Source: a virus (lineage: Duplodnaviria; Caudoviricetes). Taken from it: a stretch of 53,646 nt of DNA. The stretch spans positions 1-53,646 of the IMG/VR virus record IMGVR_UViG_3300046707_000046; one strand, written 5' to 3'. Each line of letters opens with the position of its first letter. Position 1 is the first letter of the stretch. A program made the translations under genes and the position numbers. This document shows positions 35,926 to 44,849 of this stretch, piece by piece. The notes below the pieces were generated by a model that did no database searches, was not told where the DNA came from, and was given only the letters and a program-made list of their open reading frames with translations.

Positions 35926-36299
35926 GAGCCACGCTCGCCAGGACCGCCGCCATCACGGATGAGCTTCATGTGCTCATCCACCACGGAACGAAGCTCCCGT
36001 GCCTGAGGAATGGTCAGGAGGTCCAGGCTTCCGGCCTTCTCGGGCTGGTCTCCCTTGGCGGGAACATACGGGTTCTTGGACGGGACCGGCAGGCCGGGGA
36101 AGGACCAGTCCTGAATGACCCTGGTAAGCAGGGCGTCCCTGATCTTGTCCTCGTAGTCACCGCTGACGATAGCCTGCCCGTCATCAGTGATCCTCATGGA
36201 GGTAACCCGGTTAAGGGCCTTCCGGTCGAAATCCCGGAGGTCTTCGACCGGGGTGATGTCAACCCACTGGCCATCTGCCAGTTCGATGCGCTTAAGCAT
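35907..36299 (-). CDS. Tail assembly chaperone (short form)
   Basis: Follows the major tail gene; I.DWS, ends ...DPTTA*. Confidence 0.8.
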   Translation of the reverse strand: MLKRIELADGQWVDITPVEDLRDFDRKALNRVTSMRITDDGQAIVSGDYEDKIRDALLTRVIQDWSFPGLPVPSKNPYVPAKGDQPEKAGSLDLLTIPQARELRSVVDEHMKLIRDGGGPGERGSDPTTA

Positions 36300-36318
36300 G
36301 CGTGATCCCTCTTGTTGC

Positions 36319-37542
36319 TTAGTAGGTCGGAACTGCGTTCACCAGGATAACGGACCCAGGCGACATTCCGCCCGACCCGCCAGCATTGGTGGTGTTCATG
36401 ACGCCCTTGAAGTTAACGTCATACGTGATTTCCTCGTTGGACTGAAGCTTAACGGTGTCATAAGCTGCCACCTGGCAGTTCATGGTGACGCTAAGCAGGT
36501 TAGCCCCCGCTAGGCCGTTGGAGATCACGATCTGAACCTGCGGCTGGGTGTTGTTCAGCATGTTCAGCATCGGCTGCTCGCTCTGGGCAAGCTCGGTGAA
36601 CTTGCCGACGATCTCGATCCCGTTCCGGGCGATGACATAGGGGGTCTGCTGCCCTGAGGCGGTCCAGTACCCCTTCAGTGCCCGCTGGATGGTGTAGTTA
36701 GCGGAAACCACATCGTTGATCAGGGTACCACCTGAAGCCGGGCCGGCAATACCGACCTTAGCCTCCCATACAGCCTGCGCTGCGGAAGTGTTCAGGGTGT
36801 TAGTCGGCGTAACGCCGGCAATTGCCCCGATAAACGACATGCCCTTAGTCGCCTGCATGAAAAGCTGCTGAGCGTCCAGGGCAAGTTCGATCTCGCTAGC
36901 ACACCAGTAGGCATACTGCCTGGCACCAGTGGAAGCCGGGATACCCGAGTGGAAGGTCATGGTGTGCGTGATCGGCTGGCCATTGCCAGAGTTAAGCAGC
37001 GAGAACGTGTGGGTAAACGGTGCTGCTACAACTGTCGCAGCCGGGGTGCCAGAGTGAGCAAACCTGATCGGGTTGTTAGCCCAGGTTGCGTTAGACCCCG
37101 CGAGGTTGGTGAACTGGACGACCTCAGCGGTTGCTCCTGATCCGATCTGGACGATTGAGCTTGACGTGTAACCGGCGGCGCTTGTAAGCGTCCCCGTGGT
37201 AGCGCCAACCGCAAGCGGGGCGGTGAAGGTAGTTGCGCTAGTCGGAGTTGACCCGGTAGCCGAGTAGTCACCGAAGATGTTGAACAGGTAATGGCCGAGA
37301 GTGTCGATGAACACGGGTCCGTTGAAGTCAAGCTCAGCCGACTCTGTTCCGATGATGACGCCGTACGTAGTTCCCATCATTCCACGCAGGGCCTTGTCGA
37401 TAAGGAAGACCGGCTTCTCATCCGGGTCCGCCTTCTCAACGGGGATCGTGACCGTGGGCGCTACGATGATGCCAGCGACAAGCTCACGAGCGACCCCGAG
37501 CCATTCTAGTGCTTCGGGGAAAACGATTGAGGTAACTGGCAC
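36319..37542 (-). CDS. Major tail protein
   Basis: LGVARE...G, D..LRG.M, FTHTFS, V.L.N...TY; position. Confidence 0.85.
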   Translation of the reverse strand: MPVTSIVFPEALEWLGVARELVAGIIVAPTVTIPVEKADPDEKPVFLIDKALRGMMGTTYGVIIGTESAELDFNGPVFIDTLGHYLFNIFGDYSATGSTPTSATTFTAPLAVGATTGTLTSAAGYTSSSIVQIGSGATAEVVQFTNLAGSNATWANNPIRFAHSGTPAATVVAAPFTHTFSLLNSGNGQPITHTMTFHSGIPASTGARQYAYWCASEIELALDAQQLFMQATKGMSFIGAIAGVTPTNTLNTSAAQAVWEAKVGIAGPASGGTLINDVVSANYTIQRALKGYWTASGQQTPYVIARNGIEIVGKFTELAQSEQPMLNMLNNTQPQVQIVISNGLAGANLLSVTMNCQVAAYDTVKLQSNEEITYDVNFKGVMNTTNAGGSGGMSPGSVILVNAVPTY

Positions 37543-37734
37543 TTACTTAGTCTCTCTCTTGGGATTCTTAGGCGGAACAAGTGCCCAGTTGCCGGGCGGG
37601 GGCTGGCGGTCTGCGAAGACAACTTCGTCTCCCGGGTTTGCTACCAGATTGGTAAACTCGCCCTCGGAGGGGAAGTCGGCCAGGCGCGGGTAGAAAACCT
37701 GCGTCTCGCCATCGAAACGATAAGTTGATGACAC
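37543..37734 (-). CDS. Small hypothetical virion-region protein
   Basis: Coupled ORF. Confidence 0.6.
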   Translation of the reverse strand: MSSTYRFDGETQVFYPRLADFPSEGEFTNLVANPGDEVVFADRQPPPGNWALVPPKNPKRETK

Positions 37735-37806
37735 TAGTGCTTCCCCTTAAACGGGCAGATTCTTGCTGGCAGCCCGCATGTCCAGCAGATGAGGCTTAGC
37801 CTTAGC

Positions 37807-38352
37807 CTAAGCAACTATCATCACCTGAACCTCGAACTGTATCTGGGCATGCGTGGTGGTAATCTCAGCCGCCGTAAGCTCTGAAGGCGGCACGTCGGTC
37901 CTGATCCCGAACCTGCTTTCTCCTGCCTGGTAGCAGATTCCCCCCAGCGAAGGGTCTAGCTGGAGGTAGTCGTTGATGGCCTCGCAGATGCCGTTTACGT
38001 CCGACTCGGCATCTTCGGCGTAAGCCTTATGTGCCAGGTGGTAGACGTGCAGAGTTATCCTGTAGGTAAGCTTGCGCCTGCCAGACCCGGCAGGTATGCA
38101 GTACCTTACGTTTGTGGTCTGCCTGGCCTCGACTGTCACGTAGGAACCCATGCCGCGTCCTGCCGCCTGGCCGAGCACGAAATCGTTATCGTTAACGCGC
38201 TTGGACTGGTGGGTTCGCACGACCGTCAGGCCGACGGCCGACAATGCCGCTGGCGTGGCTCCGCGCCATGACCGGCTATTCTGGTCAAAGGAAGTCCCGC
38301 CAAGGTAGCTGGCTACGCCCGCCTGGACTATCTCACGGGTCGTAGTTGTCAT
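37807..38352 (-). CDS. Tail terminator-like protein
   Basis: L..DP.LGG....AGE; position. Confidence 0.7.
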   Translation of the reverse strand: MTTTTREIVQAGVASYLGGTSFDQNSRSWRGATPAALSAVGLTVVRTHQSKRVNDNDFVLGQAAGRGMGSYVTVEARQTTNVRYCIPAGSGRRKLTYRITLHVYHLAHKAYAEDAESDVNGICEAINDYLQLDPSLGGICYQAGESRFGIRTDVPPSELTAAEITTTHAQIQFEVQVMIVA

Positions 38353-38354
38353 GC

Positions 38355-39332
38355 CTACCGCACCCGGCGGTAAGGCTCTAGCAACTCGTAAGCATGGTCA
38401 ACAAGACCCGCGCTAGCCCCTCCGCTGCCCGAGCGCTTCATGGCCGGGCCGTAGGGCTCGTCTGCAAACGGCTCATCAGAGGCGACATCCTGCTTCTGCA
38501 TGAGAGCTACCGCGAAGTCTATAACGGCCTGATGAACAGCCGCCGGCATCTCAGAGACGAGAACCTGCCCCGCCGCTCCTGAGCCAACTGTATGCTTCAG
38601 GGCGATAGCCCCAACGATGGGCACGTTGGATGACCCGTTTGAGTAGCCAGAGGCTACCTGCACGGCTTCCTCCCCGCCCGTGCTGCCTGCCGGGTTCAGC
38701 GGGTCGTATATTCGCAGCACCGAACCGGGTAGCGTCCCGAAAAGGGTCACAGGCGGCCCTAGGATGCCCGTAGGGTTCACAACGTTGATGGAGGTATCAG
38801 TAGGGTTGGCCGTCGCGCTCAGGACCGTAGAGACGTAACCAGCGACGTACTGAACCTGAACGTACATGTAGGTCTGGCCGCTGGCCGGGACGGAGCCGAA
38901 CTCAAGCGTCCCCCGGAAGCTTCCCCGCAAGGGGAGCATGGACACGACTATTCCCCGCTGGTCCTCAACCCAGACCTGGGTAAGGTCCGTCAGAACCTGC
39001 ATGTTCTTGAAGTCAGTTCCGAACGCCAGGCCGGTAACCTGCCTGACCGGGATTGCGGACTGGTGCATGTATGCCTGTCCGCTGCGGTCTACCCTGACCC
39101 TAAGCTGCTCGAACTCCGTATGAGCCCCAAGCTGCTGACCGCACCAGTTGTCAGCCCAGGTTGACGCTCTTAGCAGGACGTTGTAAAGCTCGGCATCCTG
39201 CTGTGCCTGGTTACCGCTCTCGATCAGGTTGTTTGTATCGAGCCAGGTCGGGGATGCACGAAACTCTGCGACCGATACATACGGTGCCTGTAGCTCGGTG
39301 TAAGGGGTCGGCGCGGTTACCGGGGTGGTCAA
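38355..39332 (-). CDS. Head-to-tail adaptor
   Basis: PYVS..EF, L.RAS..D..C, Y.AGY, P.AV.QA, A..LL.PYRRVR. Confidence 0.8.
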   Translation of the reverse strand: MTTPVTAPTPYTELQAPYVSVAEFRASPTWLDTNNLIESGNQAQQDAELYNVLLRASTWADNWCGQQLGAHTEFEQLRVRVDRSGQAYMHQSAIPVRQVTGLAFGTDFKNMQVLTDLTQVWVEDQRGIVVSMLPLRGSFRGTLEFGSVPASGQTYMYVQVQYVAGYVSTVLSATANPTDTSINVVNPTGILGPPVTLFGTLPGSVLRIYDPLNPAGSTGGEEAVQVASGYSNGSSNVPIVGAIALKHTVGSGAAGQVLVSEMPAAVHQAVIDFAVALMQKQDVASDEPFADEPYGPAMKRSGSGGASAGLVDHAYELLEPYRRVR

Positions 39333-39340
39333 GCTAAGCC

Positions 39341-39634
39341 TTAGCGGGTGTAGGTACCGTCAGCACAGCCGGCAGACTCAGCGTCATCAGGCCAGCCAAG
39401 CGGGAAATGAACGGAGCACAAGCCGCCCGACCAGTCTGCTTCATGTACGGGAACGTTGTCCCCGTCCACTGCGGCAAAACGCTTAGCCTGGCTAGCGCTC
39501 GCGGGAGCAGCGTGAACCGAGCAGAACTCCGTATCGAGCACTCTCGGACGGGCACAGCGGTTACCTGCCTTCGTGGTTGCGACACACTGCTGGTCCTCAG
39601 GGATACCCTCGACGGTCGTCGTCGGCTCTGGCAT
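39341..39634 (-). CDS. Small Zn-finger protein (C.A.TK.G.RC.......FC..H)
   Basis: Motif; SD GAGAAGG. Confidence 0.7.
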   Translation of the reverse strand: MPEPTTTVEGIPEDQQCVATTKAGNRCARPRVLDTEFCSVHAAPASASQAKRFAAVDGDNVPVHEADWSGGLCSVHFPLGWPDDAESAGCADGTYTR

Positions 39635-39635
39635 C

Positions 39636-39905
39636 TTAACCTTCTCTTACGCAATCCGCGTTGCAGCGGTTGCAGTTAACGAACCAGCTACCGAAACCGC
39701 ATGCGGTACATCGGTAGCCGATCCTGCGGCTTGTTGGTCCTTGCAGGCTACGATAGGAACCACCGTATTGCACGGTGGCCTTAGCGTCACCTGGTGACAT
39801 CTTGAAGATTCCGTCTCTTGCCCGGTATCTCTCACCTGACAGGCCGTCTATCTCGATGCAACCCTTAGCGGGGCTAACTACATCTACAGTGTCACCGATG
39901 GGCAT
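39636..39905 (-). CDS. Small Zn-ribbon protein
   Basis: C..CGFGSW...C.RC; SD GGAGG. Confidence 0.75.
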   Translation of the reverse strand: MPIGDTVDVVSPAKGCIEIDGLSGERYRARDGIFKMSPGDAKATVQYGGSYRSLQGPTSRRIGYRCTACGFGSWFVNCNRCNADCVREG

Positions 39906-39936
39906 TCGGGCGATCCCTCCCGTAGCTTGAGCTTGG

Positions 39937-40233
39937 CTAGATGGTCACGCCGAAGTACACCAGGCCGCGCCCGGTGTCAACCGAGTTGGCCGGGTTGCCG
40001 GCGATACATCCGTTGGTGACCAGGGTTGCCAGGGCGGTAGCGAAGTCGGCCTGGCTGATGAGGGTAGCAGGGGTAACCTGCTCGATAGCCCCCCGGCCAG
40101 TGGACACGTTGTTGTTGCCAATATCCACGACGGCACTAGCGGACGAACCCTGTGCCTTGGTGTACTTGGTGGTCGGGTTGGCTGCCTGAGTAAAACCGTT
40201 GCCGGTCAGGGAGCCGCCAGTGGGACGTGCCAT
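39937..40233 (-). CDS. Putative head decoration protein
   Basis: Gly/Thr/Ala-rich, after the capsid gene; paralogous to 40234-40575 (PT.G.LT..G.TQ, S.ADF......L...G). Confidence 0.6.
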   Translation of the reverse strand: MARPTGGSLTGNGFTQAANPTTKYTKAQGSSASAVVDIGNNNVSTGRGAIEQVTPATLISQADFATALATLVTNGCIAGNPANSVDTGRGLVYFGVTI

Positions 40234-40575
40234 TTAAAGGCTCATTCCGAACGACTGAAGGCCGCTCTGTGCTAGGAGGTTGACTGGGATAGTAGGTGCG
40301 GGGATCGGGTTCCCGGTGACGATTCCGGCCCCGTCATTTCCGCCGATTCCACGGAAGAAACCGGGGATTCCGAGGGACGCGAGGCTGTTGACAACGCTGT
40401 CGAAGTCGGCAGCCGAAACATCGCCGGTCGGAGTGACTGTCAGGCTAGACCCTGAGGCACCCTGAGCGATGCTGAACGTGACCACGGCAGTACCGAAGGT
40501 CTTGTTCCATACGCCAGTGGTACCGACCTGGGTGTAACCCGCTGTGGTAAGAGCACCTGAAGTAGGGGCGGTCAT
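40234..40575 (-). CDS. Putative head decoration protein
   Basis: MTAPTSGALTTAGYTQ...; see paralog. Confidence 0.6.
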   Translation of the reverse strand: MTAPTSGALTTAGYTQVGTTGVWNKTFGTAVVTFSIAQGASGSSLTVTPTGDVSAADFDSVVNSLASLGIPGFFRGIGGNDGAGIVTGNPIPAPTIPVNLLAQSGLQSFGMSL

Positions 40576-40577
40576 TG

Positions 40578-40946
40578 TTACCTTCCCAGGAGAGTTAGGG
40601 AGAAGTTCGGGTAAGAGGGGGTTGTCCCGGTAACGGTCCAGCGAAGCTGAATCGTAGCGGGAGCACATGTAAACAGGGTGCCCGCCGCATTCAGGCCGAA
40701 TGAGGTAAACACATTCCCTGCTACCGTGGTCAGCGAGAACCCCGCAGGCAGGGTAACGAGCGGGGTTAGCGAGTTTCCGTACTGGTCAAAGCCGTCTACG
40801 ACCACGGCCAGAGTCGGAGTGGTACCCGTTGGGGTACCCGTTACTAGCGACAACCAGAAATTCTGCACGTCACTAACGCCGAGGGGGCCGGTGCTTCCCG
40901 AGGCGGTTACGGCTACGACCGGCTCCGGTGCGTAAATGAGTCTCAA
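40578..40946 (-). CDS. Beta-sandwich virion protein
   Basis: GTTPTL.V, LRWTV.GTTPS. Confidence 0.6.
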   Translation of the reverse strand: MRLIYAPEPVVAVTASGSTGPLGVSDVQNFWLSLVTGTPTGTTPTLAVVVDGFDQYGNSLTPLVTLPAGFSLTTVAGNVFTSFGLNAAGTLFTCAPATIQLRWTVTGTTPSYPNFSLTLLGR

Positions 40947-40970
40947 GATTTCACTTCCTGGCTGGTGCGA

Positions 40971-41002
40971 CGAGCCCCCGCCCTTAATGGGGCGGGAGCC
41001 CG
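40971..41002 (-). terminator. GC-rich hairpin after the capsid gene
   Basis: CCCGCCC-loop-GGGCGGG; no clear U-tract. Confidence 0.4.
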
Positions 41003-41013
41003 TCACGCTTGGG

Positions 41014-42777
41014 TTACTGAAGGCCCAGAAGGGCTGCGGACCACTTCGGCGCGTAGTGAATCATGGTGCCGAACCAGTAGGTGGACATGTCGTAGGTGAA
41101 CTGGATTTGAGGCCAGTCAACCGACATGTAGTCCTGAACAGCGGTGACAACGGCGGTCTCGCCGATGTTGCTGTCAGGAATTGGCAGGGTGCGCGAGTTG
41201 ATGAACGCCGCGCCAGCCGGCATGTACGGGTGAACCCGGAGGTCCACGATCCGCGAAGTCGGGCTGGACTCGTTCACGATGCCCGTAGCCATTCCGCCGA
41301 CGACCATGTTGCTTTCGGCGTTCATGTCCAGGGTGATGCGGTAAGCCGCAGCACCATTGGTAGCCGACCGCATGAAGTCGGTGATCTGCCGGCGCTGCGG
41401 AGCAGCCACCCACAGTTCCTCCGGGTCAGCATACACGTTGGCGTACAGTCCTGCGAAGGCGTCCTGGAACGGCTGGTCTCCGATGTTCGTTCCACCAGTG
41501 GTGAAGATCGACTTACCGGGGTACAGCGCGTTCATCCGGGCGAAGTAACCAGCGTTAGCCGGGTTGCTCAGCACGGTAAGGTAGCCGTCGTAGGCGTTGG
41601 CGTTGAAGCTTGAGTCAGCGTTGGGGCCAGACGGGAAGGCTGCCCCGCCAGCTACCAGGGCGCTAAGGGTGATCTTAGTACCCGTGGCATCGTTGGGAAT
41701 GAAGACTCCCTGAAGGGTTTCCGAACCGGCAGGCCCGACGTACAGCGAGTAGTTCAGTCCGCCGACAGGCTCCGAGGTCAGGGTAACCACGATGTTCTGT
41801 CCCAGCGTGACCACGAGGGCCGCCGACAGGGTAACCGGGGCGGTCTGGGCGGGGGCGACCCCGCCTGAGCTGTTAGCGGTGATCTTCACGCCGTAGGTAG
41901 CTGCCGGGATGGTTGCACCCGAACCCGACGCGACTACAGAGCCGGCGGGAGCCGAGACGGGACCGGAGTAACCGGAACCGCTTGCACCACGTCCCCACAG
42001 AAGCGCCTTTTCCTCGCCCAGCAGATGGGACCACAGGAGGGCCATCTGGCTAAGCTGCCGGGTATCCTCGAAGCCAAGGTTAGCGAACTGCGCCTTCCAG
42101 GTAACGAGGTCCGAGAGCGACATTTCCATGTAATTCGCGGTGTGGATGTCCATCGCGTAGCTGATCTTCTGACCACGCCGCAGGGTCAGCGACCCGAACG
42201 CGGGGGTGCCAGAGTCAGACTCAGACGAGAAGAACGGGGTCTGGTCGGAGATTCCGCCCATGCCCGTGTTGGTGTAGCCGAGAATCCGGCGGTACTCACG
42301 AGCGGTACCCTGTCCGCGCTGACGTGCGATCTGGTTACGCAGCGGGGTGAACCTCGGGACCAGAATCTTAGCTGGTGCCTCAAGGTCGTAGGGGTGCAGG
42401 TTTCCGGGAGACGTGGTAGTCAAGTCCTTGCCCAGTTCACCGGCAAGCTCGCGGAGAGCAGCCAGTTCCTCCTGAACGGCGTTCATCTGATCAGGAGCAA
42501 GACCCTTCAGCAGGGAATTCTCACCCTGAGAAGCGTTATACCGCTCAGCCAGCCGGGCTAGCTTAACGGCCTTGTCGGCCTGTCCAGGGCCAGCGCCCTT
42601 GACGATTCCGACTCTCTCGGTCCCGGCAGCCTTAGCTTCCTTAGCCGAGATGAAGCCATCAGTCCCGGCGTCATGCCGGTCGATGGACTTCTGAAGCGCG
42701 TCACGCAGCGCTCCCAGCCTCTGTGCTCGTTCCTCGACGCTTGTAGCATCAAGGAACATTTCCTTGGTGTCTGGCAT
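41014..42777 (-). CDS. Major capsid protein (SU10-like, with internal insertion)
   Basis: YDLEAPAK.L.P..TPLRN.I.R..G.G, EEK.LL, VHPYMP.G, VQDYM..DWP, YAP.W. Confidence 0.9.
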   Translation of the reverse strand: MPDTKEMFLDATSVEERAQRLGALRDALQKSIDRHDAGTDGFISAKEAKAAGTERVGIVKGAGPGQADKAVKLARLAERYNASQGENSLLKGLAPDQMNAVQEELAALRELAGELGKDLTTTSPGNLHPYDLEAPAKILVPRFTPLRNQIARQRGQGTAREYRRILGYTNTGMGGISDQTPFFSSESDSGTPAFGSLTLRRGQKISYAMDIHTANYMEMSLSDLVTWKAQFANLGFEDTRQLSQMALLWSHLLGEEKALLWGRGASGSGYSGPVSAPAGSVVASGSGATIPAATYGVKITANSSGGVAPAQTAPVTLSAALVVTLGQNIVVTLTSEPVGGLNYSLYVGPAGSETLQGVFIPNDATGTKITLSALVAGGAAFPSGPNADSSFNANAYDGYLTVLSNPANAGYFARMNALYPGKSIFTTGGTNIGDQPFQDAFAGLYANVYADPEELWVAAPQRRQITDFMRSATNGAAAYRITLDMNAESNMVVGGMATGIVNESSPTSRIVDLRVHPYMPAGAAFINSRTLPIPDSNIGETAVVTAVQDYMSVDWPQIQFTYDMSTYWFGTMIHYAPKWSAALLGLQ

Positions 42778-42798
42778 TTTAGCCTATTCCTCTTTCGG

Positions 42799-43854
42799 TT
42801 ACAGGGCTGCGGCATCCAGGCGAGCCTGGACCGCCTCGGCCTTGTAGAAGTTGACTAGATCGGGTTCGCGGACTGTATCCGCAAGACGCTCGGCACGAGC
42901 GGCCTTGGAAAGCAGTTCATCGCGGGTTCGCACTGCGCGTGCAGCGGGCGGGGCGGTAATAGCCGGCCCACCAGGAATGGCTGTATTCAGCACCTTTGCC
43001 ATGTCTCCCTGGATGCTCTCAATAGCAGTCCACACGGGAGCGATAGCCTCTGTGATTACGGCCTTCAGCACATCTTGCTGTGCCTTGGAAACGACGGTTT
43101 CACCGTTGGGGTCACCAGCGGTCGGCTCGTCTTCGCCGTCTGCGGTCTCTGGGTCTTCCGCAGAAGTCTTGGGGTCTTCGGTCGCGCCTGGACCGTAACC
43201 GTCCATCTGAGTAGGAACGCTCTTAGCGGCCTCTCCTGCAAGTGGGTTTCCCACTCCTAGCTCCTTAGCTCTCTTAGCGATAAGACGCTTTGCTGCGGCT
43301 ACATCGCCATGCCCGGAGCGGGCAAGAATGGCAGCCCGTCGCAGGGCGTCAGCGTCAGGGATCGGGTATGATCCATCCGGCAGAGCATGGCCTTGTGCGG
43401 CCAGGCTCTTTCTGTCAGCAGACGAGAACTTCCGGTGAGCCTTGATAAAGACCTCGTAGACTTCCTTAGCGAAGTCATCCTGAGCCTTCTGCACGGTACC
43501 GTCGTCTTCGTCGCCCCACATCTCCCGGTCACGGAAGCACCGGACTAGTGAAGCTATCTCGCTGAGAAGCTGGATATCGTAAGCCTCATCCCATGAGCCG
43601 ATCTTCATCTCGGCTGCTTCGCTCTGGATAAGACCTGCCAGCAGTTGCAGGATACTCTCCGCACCATCGATATCTGGCTTCTCGTCTATGCCGCCGGCAG
43701 GGTTAACTGCCTTGGAGACATCAATCGACTTCATGAACAGGACGGGGATACCGCTAGCAGGAAGTCCAACCTGATCGATCCGGGTAGGGTTAATGTCGTC
43801 AAGCTCAGTGATCGAAGGATCAAGCTCGACTGAAATCTGCTTGCTAACGGGCAC
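42799..43854 (-). CDS. Scaffolding protein with DUF6582-like domain
   Basis: R..LA..G.ALPDGSYPI...L..A...G.G......I.KRA.ELG; acidic linker; PGGP. Confidence 0.75.
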   Translation of the reverse strand: MPVSKQISVELDPSITELDDINPTRIDQVGLPASGIPVLFMKSIDVSKAVNPAGGIDEKPDIDGAESILQLLAGLIQSEAAEMKIGSWDEAYDIQLLSEIASLVRCFRDREMWGDEDDGTVQKAQDDFAKEVYEVFIKAHRKFSSADRKSLAAQGHALPDGSYPIPDADALRRAAILARSGHGDVAAAKRLIAKRAKELGVGNPLAGEAAKSVPTQMDGYGPGATEDPKTSAEDPETADGEDEPTAGDPNGETVVSKAQQDVLKAVITEAIAPVWTAIESIQGDMAKVLNTAIPGGPAITAPPAARAVRTRDELLSKAARAERLADTVREPDLVNFYKAEAVQARLDAAAL

Positions 43855-43855
43855 C

Positions 43856-44359
43856 TTAATTCCTCAGGCTCATGATGGTTTCGGCATCGGGGGTCTTGCG
43901 GGTGGCCTTGCCCTGCATTGACACGCCCGTCGCCGTGCCGTTCTTGAAGTTGTCCCACGCTGATTCGTCCCAGACGATGCCAACGAGCCAGTCACCCTTG
44001 GTTATGGTGTACTCGGCCCCGTTAGCCGCCTTGACTACCTGATCGCCGAAGCGCCAGATATAGGACTCTACGACCTGGCCTGCTCCGTCTGTTCCGCTTT
44101 CATGCCACTGCCCCACGACAGGTGAGTCGGCCAGGTAACGCCAGGCGGCCTTTTCCACCGCTTCCACGCTGGCAAAGTCACGATGCCCGTCTCGGGCCAT
44201 CGCCACGTCCGGCTTGTTAACCGGATATGCCACGGTAAGGGTGTACCGCTGCTCAGCCTGTTCTTTGACGACAAGGCCAGCTAGCCCCTGGCCGTCCCAG
44301 ACCTCTCGGGGGTCAGCGTCTTCAACGCTGATCCGCAGCTTAATTACCGTCTCTGGCAA
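43856..44359 (-). CDS. XkdF-like capsid maturation protease
   Basis: EQRYTL.VAY, DGH.D, EKAAW, H, VVESYI, KGDW, W...K.G...G.S.QG. Confidence 0.8.
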   Translation of the reverse strand: MPETVIKLRISVEDADPREVWDGQGLAGLVVKEQAEQRYTLTVAYPVNKPDVAMARDGHRDFASVEAVEKAAWRYLADSPVVGQWHESGTDGAGQVVESYIWRFGDQVVKAANGAEYTITKGDWLVGIVWDESAWDNFKNGTATGVSMQGKATRKTPDAETIMSLRN

Positions 44360-44360
44360 G

Positions 44361-44849
44361 TTACTCTGTCTCTCCTACTAGGATGCACTCGCAATACGGG
44401 TGCTGTGGCGGGTCGATAGCCCCTGTCGGGTAGGGGTTACCGTAGAACCGGGGTGGTGCTTCCGAGTTTTCTATGCACAAGGCACAGGGCACCGGACTCG
44501 TAGTCTCCCAGTGGAAGGTAGTTATACCTGCCTTCCGGTACATCGCCACCCGCCCGGCGTTGTACGCACGCGATATCTCGGTTACCGCGATCATCAGAGC
44601 CCTGTTAGCTATCGGCTTAGACACTGAGAGTATCTGGTTCACCCAGCCGGGGCCGAGGGCTTCGAGCAGCGTCGTCAGCCCGAACGGGTTATCAGATGCG
44701 ATACCAAGGATATCGGCAATATCCTCTACGCCCAGATCGTAGGCTCTTGCCCACAGGTTGACCAGGACTCGCCAGAGCTTGTCCTTGTCGCCTAGTGCTG
44801 CCGCTATCCTAGACTCGAATAGGGCGACCAGGGCGCTTTTGGGTCCGCA
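44361..44849 (-). CDS. MuF-like minor head protein, probably made as a -1 frameshift fusion to the portal
   Basis: RA.MIA.TEI.RA, W......C..C..N, PPQHP.C.C; frame open from 44849 with no start until 44642. Confidence 0.8.
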   Translation of the reverse strand, partial: CGPKSALVALFESRIAAALGDKDKLWRVLVNLWARAYDLGVEDIADILGIASDNPFGLTTLLEALGPGWVNQILSVSKPIANRALMIAVTEISRAYNAGRVAMYRKAGITTFHWETTSPVPCALCIENSEAPPRFYGNPYPTGAIDPPQHPYCECILVGETE

